Of a stretch of DNA of 53,377 bases, positions 1 to 8,511 are shown piece by piece. Both the position numbers and the translations under genes were made by a program. The DNA is from Phycisphaerae bacterium (lineage in GTDB: Bacteria > Planctomycetota > Phycisphaerae > SM23-33): positions 1 through 53,377 of the forward strand of contig JAIORC010000167.1 of the NCBI GenBank assembly GCA_021108335.1, written 5' to 3'. Positions within the stretch are counted from its first letter, which is position 1, and each line of letters opens with the position of its first letter. Under the pieces are notes generated by a model, which had not been told where the DNA came from, searched no databases, and was given only the letters and a program-made list of their open reading frames with translations.

Positions 1-14
1 ATAAAAAAGTGAAA

Positions 15-46
15 TTATCGGATATCGGGTTAAATCAAACCGATAA
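15..46. promoter_or_regulatory. Inverted repeat TTATCGG-N18-CCGATAA upstream of cheW (possible operator or promoter element)
   Basis: TTATCGG at 15-21 and its complement CCGATAA at 40-46, 27 nt upstream of the cheW ATG. CCGATAA resembles the -10 half of sigma-28 promoters, but no TAAA lies at the expected spacing. Confidence 0.2.
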
Positions 47-72
47 ACAATTGGACTTGAAGGAGAATTACT

Positions 73-543
73 ATGACGGAAGCATTGGTAGAAACGGGAA
101 ACACGACTCGTGCGGGCAAGTATCTGACCTTCTCTCTTGCGAATGAAGAGTACGGCCTGGAGATACTCAAGGTGCGGGAGATTATCGGCATGATGGATAT
201 CACTGCCGTTCCCAAGGCGCCGCCTCACGTGCGAGGCGTGATAAATCTCCGCGGCAAGGTCATACCCGTGATTGATTTACGGATGCGCTTCACCCTTCCG
301 TCAATCGAACAAACGGAAGAAACGTGCATTATCGTCGTCTGCGTGGGTGACGTGGAGATGGGCGTGGTCGTGGACAAGGTCTGCGAGGTGTTGGATATCG
401 CCGGTGATGATATCGAGGATTCGCCCGAATTTGGCGAGAATGTCGATACCACGTTTATTCTTGGTATGGGCAAGGCCGAGGGGCATGTGACCATTCTCCT
501 GGATATCACCAAGGTGCTTTCGAAGGACGACATACCTGTCTGA
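73..543 (+). CDS. cheW: Chemotaxis coupling protein CheW
   Basis: 156-aa ORF with a single CheW-like domain (YLTFSLANEEYGLEILKVREI...VINLRGKVIPVIDLR). AAGGAG RBS upstream of ATG 73. First gene of a che run. Confidence 0.9.
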   Translation: MTEALVETGNTTRAGKYLTFSLANEEYGLEILKVREIIGMMDITAVPKAPPHVRGVINLRGKVIPVIDLRMRFTLPSIEQTEETCIIVVCVGDVEMGVVVDKVCEVLDIAGDDIEDSPEFGENVDTTFILGMGKAEGHVTILLDITKVLSKDDIPV

Positions 544-673
544 TTCCCGCCAGGTTTGTCTGGCGAGGCGAGGTGGAGGTGGTCTGCCAACGGTAGTATG
601 GAACAAATATACCGACGAGGGAGTCGCTATGTAAAAAAGGCGGGTGGGGGTGTTGTAACTGTGGGGTAGTAAC

Positions 674-1507
674 ATGGCTGTAGTCAAAACGCTCAATACG
701 GATATTTCTGACGCGCAGTTTGAGCAAATCAGCGCGCTGGTGAAGAATCTGGCGGGGATCAATCTTCATGACGGCAAGAAGGAGTTGGTCAAAGCCAGGC
801 TTGCCAAGCGGTGTCGCCAGTTGAAATTGCAGAATCTCGACCAGTACATTTCTCTCGTCAAAAACGACAAGACCGGCCAGGAACTTATTTCGATGCTGGA
901 CGCCCTGTCCACGAATTTGACGTTCTTTTTTCGGGAGTCGCAGCATTTCACGTTTCTCCGCGATACGGTTTTGCCAAAGATAGTAAAACGCGGCGACAGG
1001 CAGTTGCGGATATGGTCGGCTGGTTGCAGTAGCGGGGAAGAGCCGTATTCGATCTCGATGCTTCTGAACGAATCGATCCAGTCGATCGGTAATTGGGATG
1101 TGCGGATACTGGCTACGGATTTATCGACGCGGGTTCTGGCGATTGCGTGCAGTGGCGAGTACAGCCAGCAGCGGTTCAAGGAGACTCCCCGGCAGTTGGT
1201 GTCGCGGTATTTCGAGGTTGTGCGGGAGGAGCGGCCTGCTATTTTCAAGGCCAAGCCGGAGATTCGCGACCTGATTCACTTTGCTCGTCTGAACCTGATG
1301 GAAGACTGGCCGATGAAAGGGCCGTTTGACGTGATATTCTGTCGCAACGTGATGATCTACTTCGACAAGCCGACGCAATCGCGATTGATAAATCGATATT
1401 ATGACCTGCTGGCCGACGGGGGTTATCTGTTCCTCGGCCATTCCGAAAGTTTGACCGGTACGAAGCATACATTCAAGTACGTTCAGCCGGCGACGTATAT
1501 GAAATAA
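674..1507 (+). CDS. cheR: Chemotaxis protein methyltransferase CheR
   Basis: 277 aa. Has a CheR N-terminal helical domain plus a SAM-methyltransferase core (LRIWSAGCSSGEEPYS, FDVIFCRNVMIYFD). Confidence 0.9.
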   Translation: MAVVKTLNTDISDAQFEQISALVKNLAGINLHDGKKELVKARLAKRCRQLKLQNLDQYISLVKNDKTGQELISMLDALSTNLTFFFRESQHFTFLRDTVLPKIVKRGDRQLRIWSAGCSSGEEPYSISMLLNESIQSIGNWDVRILATDLSTRVLAIACSGEYSQQRFKETPRQLVSRYFEVVREERPAIFKAKPEIRDLIHFARLNLMEDWPMKGPFDVIFCRNVMIYFDKPTQSRLINRYYDLLADGGYLFLGHSESLTGTKHTFKYVQPATYMK

Positions 1508-1598
1508 CAATTTCAGCATGATTGTACAGCTCGACTGCGATGAATGCGGTAACTTGCGTTTTTTTGCAGGGGTCGGGCGGGAGCGTGGAGATGGTTTC

Positions 1599-2078
1599 AT
1601 GAAACACATCGTGGGTGTTGCGGACATGAAAGCTTCCGACAGCACGGGGGATATAATCGTTACCCATGCCCTGGGCAGTTGCCTGGGCATAACGATACAC
1701 GACGAGAAGGCCCACGTGGGGGGAATTTTGCATGTGATGATGCCCATGTCGAGTATCAACCCCGAAAAGGCCAAAGCTAATCCGTATATGTTTGTGGATA
1801 CGGGTTTGCCGGCTTTTTTCAAGTATATCTATTCCCTGGGAGGGATCAAGAAGCGGCTGGTCGTGAAGGTCGCCGGTGGGGCCAATGTGCATGCCGGCAA
1901 CGGTGACCGTTTTGCCATAGGTAAGCGGAATTACATCATGTTGAAGAAGATATTCTGGAAGAACGGGGTGTTGATCGAGTCTGAGGACGTGGGCGGATCC
2001 AAGGCTCGCACCATGTATATGGAAGTGGGTACCGGACGGGTATGGCTGGCAAACGCCGGCGCGGAATGGGACTTATAA
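1599..2078 (+). CDS. cheD: Chemoreceptor glutamine deamidase CheD
   Basis: CheD signature HALGSCLGITIHD...GGILHVMMP. The track ORF starts at 1518, but ATG 1599 has a GGAG RBS 8 nt upstream and matches the usual CheD length. Confidence 0.85.
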   Translation: MKHIVGVADMKASDSTGDIIVTHALGSCLGITIHDEKAHVGGILHVMMPMSSINPEKAKANPYMFVDTGLPAFFKYIYSLGGIKKRLVVKVAGGANVHAGNGDRFAIGKRNYIMLKKIFWKNGVLIESEDVGGSKARTMYMEVGTGRVWLANAGAEWDL

Positions 2079-2220
2079 TATTTTGTAATTTTTTATAATA
2101 CGACAGTACCATCGCCAGGTAGTTGAGGCGACGAACGTGATGCAGGTGAAATTGAATCGGGAACACAAGACGATAACAGGCGGATCGACGGACAGCACGA
2201 ACCGCCGGAGGTACTGAGCC

Positions 2221-2628
2221 ATGGCCCTTAATGTGTTGGTAGTGGATGACAGTTCGGTAACCCGGATGATGATCATCAAAACGTTGAAAATGGCTGGGCT
2301 GCCGATAGGTGAAACTTTTCAGGCGGGCAATGGGCAGGAAGGCCTGGACCAGCTTGAAGAGAATTGGATCGACATCGCCCTCGTGGACATCAACATGCCG
2401 GTGATGAACGGCGAAGAGATGATCGAGAAAGTTCGGGAGAACCCCGAGTGGCAGGCGATGCCGATTATCGTGGTTTCCACCGAGGGCAGCCAGACGCGCA
2501 TTGAAAGGCTGTTGCAGAAGGGCGTCAAGTTTATCCATAAGCCGTTCGCCGCGGAAACCGTTCGCGAAGTAATCTCTGAAATTACAGGAATTGATCATGA
2601 GCCCACAGAATCCGAAACCGATTTTTAA
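2221..2628 (+). CDS. cheY: Single-domain response regulator CheY
   Basis: 135 aa receiver domain (VLVVDDS...DIALVDINMPVMNG...VVSTEG...KPF). GGAGG RBS. Confidence 0.85.
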   Translation: MALNVLVVDDSSVTRMMIIKTLKMAGLPIGETFQAGNGQEGLDQLEENWIDIALVDINMPVMNGEEMIEKVRENPEWQAMPIIVVSTEGSQTRIERLLQKGVKFIHKPFAAETVREVISEITGIDHEPTESETDF

Positions 2629-3115
2629 CGACGTACTTGCCCACACGGCAGAGCAGACATTCGGCGAACTGGCGTTTATGCTGGTTATTCCCGAAGACAG
2701 CCCGCACCCGCAGGAGAAAACACCGCTGGGATATGCCGCCGGCGTTGATTTTAGCGGCCCATTCGGCGGGAAGTTATTTGTGGGAATTGCCGAAGAAACT
2801 CTCCACCCGCTCGCGGAGAATATGCTGGGCATAGACCCCGGCGAGTCGATGCCGGAAGGCGTAACGCTTGAAGATGCGCTGAAGGAACTGCTGAATGTGA
2901 TTTGCGGCAACCTGCTTCCGGCCATCGCTGGGGACGAGGCGGAATTCAATATCGGCGGCCCGGAGCTTCTTCCCGTTTCCCAGTTGCCCGCCGAGGTACC
3001 GGGGCAGGATTTTGCCGGTAAAGTGGGGCTGGATCTTGATTCCGGCAGGGCAGAAGTGGTAATGTTTGTTGAGCAGGGTGCGGAGATTCCCGAAATCTGC
3101 CCGCCCGGAAGCTGA
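2597..3115 (+). CDS. cheX: CheX-like CheY-P phosphatase
   Basis: 172 aa resembling the CheX/CheC-like phosphatase fold family (FNDVLAHTAEQTFGELAFM...ALKELLNVICGNLL). ATG 2597 preceded by AGGAA. Overlaps the cheY 3' end by 32 nt. Confidence 0.65.
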   Translation: MSPQNPKPIFNDVLAHTAEQTFGELAFMLVIPEDSPHPQEKTPLGYAAGVDFSGPFGGKLFVGIAEETLHPLAENMLGIDPGESMPEGVTLEDALKELLNVICGNLLPAIAGDEAEFNIGGPELLPVSQLPAEVPGQDFAGKVGLDLDSGRAEVVMFVEQGAEIPEICPPGS

Positions 3116-3122
3116 TTGCTGA

Positions 3123-4205
<1,083 letters not shown>

Positions 4206-4253
4206 TCGAACATCGTGGCTGAAAGCGTCGCTCCCGCTACGGCACCCTTTTTT

Positions 4254-4859
4254 CTACTGTTCTTTTTGGGTATCTTCTTTTTTGTCGGTTTTGACTTCAT
4301 CGCCGACGGTGCGGATAGCCCAGCGGGCGAGGGTCATTCGGGCGTTGTCGTTGAGCTTGACAACAATCTCTTCGTCGCGGGCTTCGATCACGCTGCCGAC
4401 AATGCCGCCGATGGAAATAACCTTGTCGCCCTTTTTCAACTCGCTGAGCATTTGCTTGCGTTGGGCTTCTTTCTTTTTTCGGCCTCGGCCCATGAAAAGA
4501 TACAGCAGGATGAACCCGCCGATCATGATGTACAAGAAAGACCCACCAAATGGGCTTTGCGGTTGATCTTGTTCCGCGGGTTTTTGATCTTTAGTTCCTT
4601 CGCCGTCGGCGGGTGTGTCGCCTTCGCCAGTGGCTGGGGCGGTACCGGGCGTTTTTGTGTCCGTGCCGTCGGTTTTGCCTTTGTCGGCTTTTTGTGGCGT
4701 GGCGCCCACGAATTTAGGGCCTGTCGGGGGAGTTTTTTGGGCTGTCGGCGTCTTGGCCGGTGCGGGCTTTGCATCGCCTTTTTCCTGTGCGGCGGCGAAT
4801 CCAGCCGTCAGGGCCAAAACCAATAGTCCAATCCATGCGTGTTTGACAGTCGTTTTCAT
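4254..4859 (-). CDS. yajC: YajC-family preprotein translocase subunit with an N-terminal signal-like segment and a low-complexity extension
   Basis: C-terminal half is a typical YajC (TM FLYIMIGGFILLYLF, then RKQMLSELKKGDKVISIGGIVGSVIE...VVKL). Start chosen at ATG 4859 (MKTTVKHAW...) with RBS GGAAAGAGGAAG. About 100 aa of K/P/T/A/G-rich linker precedes the YajC TM. Confidence 0.75.
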   Translation of the reverse strand: MKTTVKHAWIGLLVLALTAGFAAAQEKGDAKPAPAKTPTAQKTPPTGPKFVGATPQKADKGKTDGTDTKTPGTAPATGEGDTPADGEGTKDQKPAEQDQPQSPFGGSFLYIMIGGFILLYLFMGRGRKKKEAQRKQMLSELKKGDKVISIGGIVGSVIEARDEEIVVKLNDNARMTLARWAIRTVGDEVKTDKKEDTQKEQ

Positions 4860-5148
4860 CGGTAGCTTCCTCTTTCCGGGCCGGGTCGGTGTTTTGCCGC
4901 TTCCGGCGGTTATAAATTTTCTTGCCTGTTGGATGGCCGATTTCAATGGCCGAAGCGGCATTGTGCGCATTTGCCCCCCCTTCGTCAAACAGAAAGACAA
5001 AAACCAGATGATGGCAGTGTGAAAAATTCCCTGAATTTTGCCAATTCCTTCCGAATATTCCCGCCGGCGGCTCCGATTAGTTCACCGGGGTTTTTCTTTA
5101 ATCGTAGAGGTTGTTACAGAATGGTAATTGACACAAAAGAAGAGAACT

Positions 5149-8100
5149 ATGGCAGAAAACCAATCGATTAACGCATTGCTGGAAACTCTTTGCGTGCAGG
5201 TGGGCAAGGTCGATCCCGCCGACAAGAAGAGCGTTGTTCGTGCCGGCGAGACCATGGAGAAGGCTTATAGGTTGCTGGAGGCATACAGCCGGCCCGCCAT
5301 GGAAATGCTTAAGCTGGAACTGGAGATACTCAAAGGGATTTTCCAGGAACAGATTTCCGCCGGCGAAACCGTTGAAATATTGGCCCGGTCTCTGGAGGCC
5401 TCCGGCGAGGTTCTCTCGGGGCAATCTCCAGGCGTTAAACGTATTCGCGAAGCGAACAAGTCGCTCTGTAATATTCTCGAATCGGCTGGGCTGAGCGTAC
5501 CCGCGCGGAAAACCGACAGCCCCGCCGATAGCAAATCGTCCCCTTCGCCTGCCCGCTCGCTCGACAAATCGCTGCTTATCAACCTGTCCGCCCAGTTGCT
5601 GATTATCGGGCCGGACGACAAACAGGAATTGGACGACGCCTGGAAGAAGCTTTGCGAGTTCTGGGTGGACGAGTCGCTCAGCATGGAAATGCGGGAGCGC
5701 ATCGGGGCTGCTGCCGATTTGGTCGGGCGTGTCAGCAGCGGTCGTTCGTCAGACCCAACCGCGGCCTTGACGACCGCGGCGGGACATCTGTCCCTGGTGG
5801 CGAACGTTCTCGAAGAGACCGCCGAGGCCGGGGATGTCGATCAGACCCATGTCCCAGCCGGCATGGACAAAAAGGTACTGGAGGAATTCGTTGTCACGAC
5901 GCTCGATATCGTCGGAAAGGCGGAATTCGCCCTGATGTCGCTGGAAATAGAGCCGGCTGATCAGGCACATGCCGATCAGACGCAGCAGGCCTTCGAGAAA
6001 ATCAGGCAGTCTGCCGAGGCGGTCGGCTTGGAGCAAATCCGCCAGGTCGCCGGCATGGCTGAGGAAGTGGTCATCCGCGGCCAGAAGGGCGAAATCCGCA
6101 TTGTCGGCGGCTATGCCGACCTTGCCCTGCGGAGTTGCGATACCATTCGGTACATTGCCGAGCATCTGAAGCAATGCGCCCCCGGCGATCCGTTGCCGCT
6201 GCCGGATTATTACGTCGAGCATGTTGTCCAGTTGAGTTGCCCGGAGGGCGTGGGCATTAACGAACAATGCGCCACGGAGTCGGTTCGCCTGGGGGACATT
6301 CTTATCGGTCGCGGCTGGGCCAGCCGGGCTGATATCGAGAAAGTTATCCGCCAGCGCGGCGACGAGCCGCTTGGCGAGGCGCTGGTACATGCCGGAGTTG
6401 TTACGGCCAGCCGGATTGCCAAGGCCCTGCGGGCGCAGCAGAAGCTGCAAAGGCGAATCGAATCCGCCGCCGCCCATATCGCCGCCCTGCCGCTGGACAC
6501 TCCAGACGCTACGGACGCCCAGGGCGATTCCGGCGATTCTGTCGCCACGGGTGAGCATGCGGTTGTCGCCGAGACCGTCGAGCCGACCACGCTGCCGGCT
6601 GACAGCGACGGGGACTTGCTGAAGGAATATATCGTCGAGTGTCTCGACCACATCGCGGCGGCGGAGTCGTCGCTGTTGGAACTGGAATCCAGCCCCGGCG
6701 ATACTGAGCCGATCAACACCATTTTCCGGGCGTTCCACACCATCAAGGGCACCAGCGGATTCCTGGGGCTGACCAATATCCAGAAGCTGGCACACCTGGC
6801 CGAGAATCAACTGGACCGCGCCCGCGAAGGTGAAATCCAGATTGTCGGCGGCTATGCCGACCTGGCGCTGCAAAGTTGCGATCTGTTGCGGAGTATGATA
6901 GAGGCCTTGGACGGCAAGGCCGGCGGCGACGTGCTGCCGGTGCCCGATACCCTCGGCAGACTTTTGGGCGTCCTGAAAGACCCTGACGCCGCCGGCGTCG
7001 GCAGCCAGGCCGGTGCGTCAGCGATTGCGTCTCCTGCCCCAACGGAAGAAGCTCAAGACTCGCCCGTTGACGTGGCTGAGCAACAGGATTCCATAGCGGA
7101 GGAAAAAGGTGCCCCGGCAGAGCAAAAAGACGCCCCGCAAAAAGTCGCCGAAGGCAAGAAATCCGAGGCCTCCGTCCGCGTAACAACCACCCGCCTGGAC
7201 AGCCTTATCAATATGGTAGGCGAACTGGTCATTGCATCGGAAATGGTTGCCAAGAGCACCGATGCCATAGCCGGTGCAAGCCATCGCCGGGCCAAAAAGA
7301 AAAAGAGACGAAAAGCGACGCGGCAGCAGGTCGAAGCCGAAGCTGAGGCTGTGGAAACCAAACGAACGTCAGGCCGGAAAGACAAAAACGCCCCGGATCA
7401 ACTGTTACTCCGCAGCGTGCAGCATTCCGGCAAGATCGTCCGCGAATTGCAGGATGTAACGATGGCCCTTCGCATGGTTCCGCTGAAGGCTACCTTCCAG
7501 AAGATGGCCCGCCTCGTTCGCGACCTCGGCAGAAAGTCCGGCAAGGCGGTGCGGTTTGTTACCGAGGGCGAGGATACGGAAATCGACCGCAACATGGTCG
7601 AGCTGCTGGGCGATCCGCTGGTTCACATGATGCGTAACGCGGTGGATCACGGTGTCGAATCGGCGGAAGATCGCAAAGCCGCCGGCAAGAGCGAAACGGG
7701 AACCGTTACCTTACGGGCGTATCATCGCGCGGGCAAGGTCATCCTGGAATTGCAGGACGACGGCAAAGGCCTGGCCCGCGAGAAGATTCTCGCCAAGGCC
7801 ACTGAGCGCGGACTGGTTCCGCCCGGGCGGGAGTTGAGTGACTCCGAGGTGTTTATGCTGATATTCCAGGCGGGCTTTTCGACGGCTGAGAAGGTAACGG
7901 ACGTTTCCGGGCGCGGGGTCGGCATGGACGTGGTCAAGCGGGGCATTGAGTCGCTGCATGGGCGGGTCGAGGTACATTCGCAGGTCGGAGAAGGCACGAC
8001 CTTCACGATTCATCTGCCGCTGACTATGGCGATTACCGACGCGATGATTCTCAGTGTCGGCCAGGAGAAATACCTCCTGTCAACCGTGGCCATTCAGCAC

Positions 8101-8478
8101 AGTTTCAACGCGCCGGAGGGGTCTATTTCGACGATTACCGGCGAGGGAGAAATGGTGCGGTTCCACGGGCAATTGTTCCCAATTTACCGCCTGAGCAGCC
8201 TGTTCCACATTCCCGATGCGGTGGATGATCCATACGATGCTGTGTTGGTACTCGTGGAGTCCAACGGCAGGAAGAGCGCGATCATGGTGGACAAAATACT
8301 CGGCCAGCAGCAGGTCGTGGTGAAAAATCTTGGTGAAACTTTCCGGGGCATTCCCGGTGTTACGGGCGGGGCGATTCTCGGTGACGGACGGATAGGATTG
8401 GTTCTCGACGTGAACAGCCTCGTTCAATTCGCACAGGACGGCAATAGCATGGCGGGGTCGCTTGCGTTGTCGGCATAA
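5149..8478 (+). CDS. cheA: Chemotaxis histidine kinase CheA, atypically long: helical N-terminus, degenerate HPt, GspE_N/MshEN-like motif pair, functional HPt, P3-P4-P5
   Basis: HPt with FHTIKGTSGFLGL (His codon 6736-6738). Dimerisation segment RLDSLINMVGELV. HATPase (HMMRNAVDHG...DDGKGL...GRGVGMDVV). C-terminal CheW-like P5. ATG 5149; the track ORF starts at TTG 5128. Confidence 0.9.
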   Translation: MAENQSINALLETLCVQVGKVDPADKKSVVRAGETMEKAYRLLEAYSRPAMEMLKLELEILKGIFQEQISAGETVEILARSLEASGEVLSGQSPGVKRIREANKSLCNILESAGLSVPARKTDSPADSKSSPSPARSLDKSLLINLSAQLLIIGPDDKQELDDAWKKLCEFWVDESLSMEMRERIGAAADLVGRVSSGRSSDPTAALTTAAGHLSLVANVLEETAEAGDVDQTHVPAGMDKKVLEEFVVTTLDIVGKAEFALMSLEIEPADQAHADQTQQAFEKIRQSAEAVGLEQIRQVAGMAEEVVIRGQKGEIRIVGGYADLALRSCDTIRYIAEHLKQCAPGDPLPLPDYYVEHVVQLSCPEGVGINEQCATESVRLGDILIGRGWASRADIEKVIRQRGDEPLGEALVHAGVVTASRIAKALRAQQKLQRRIESAAAHIAALPLDTPDATDAQGDSGDSVATGEHAVVAETVEPTTLPADSDGDLLKEYIVECLDHIAAAESSLLELESSPGDTEPINTIFRAFHTIKGTSGFLGLTNIQKLAHLAENQLDRAREGEIQIVGGYADLALQSCDLLRSMIEALDGKAGGDVLPVPDTLGRLLGVLKDPDAAGVGSQAGASAIASPAPTEEAQDSPVDVAEQQDSIAEEKGAPAEQKDAPQKVAEGKKSEASVRVTTTRLDSLINMVGELVIASEMVAKSTDAIAGASHRRAKKKKRRKATRQQVEAEAEAVETKRTSGRKDKNAPDQLLLRSVQHSGKIVRELQDVTMALRMVPLKATFQKMARLVRDLGRKSGKAVRFVTEGEDTEIDRNMVELLGDPLVHMMRNAVDHGVESAEDRKAAGKSETGTVTLRAYHRAGKVILELQDDGKGLAREKILAKATERGLVPPGRELSDSEVFMLIFQAGFSTAEKVTDVSGRGVGMDVVKRGIESLHGRVEVHSQVGEGTTFTIHLPLTMAITDAMILSVGQEKYLLSTVAIQHSFNAPEGSISTITGEGEMVRFHGQLFPIYRLSSLFHIPDAVDDPYDAVLVLVESNGRKSAIMVDKILGQQQVVVKNLGETFRGIPGVTGGAILGDGRIGLVLDVNSLVQFAQDGNSMAGSLALSA

Positions 8479-8511
8479 TTACAGTCGGTTCAAGTACGAG
8501 GAGCAGGTGAA

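Noticed and set aside
2075-2099. Two TATAAT hexamers (2075-2080 and 2094-2099) in the AT-rich cheD-cheY spacer as a possible internal promoter for cheY-cheX-cheB
   Set aside because: No acceptable -35 lies at 16-18 nt for either hexamer, and AT-rich spacers produce TATAAT by chance. This is left unannotated pending TSS data.
4913-4943. Sigma-28 (FliA)-type promoter upstream of cheA: TAAA (4913-4916) ... GCCGATTT (4936-4943)
   Set aside because: The spacing is 19 nt instead of the consensus 15, the -10 half deviates (GCCGATTT vs GCCGATAA), and it lies about 200 nt from the start codon. This is not supportable without TSS data.
5749-6873. 374-aa minus-strand ORF inside cheA (also 6210-6776 and 6743-7186)
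   Set aside because: Antisense to a clearly coding CheA region, and the translation is low complexity.
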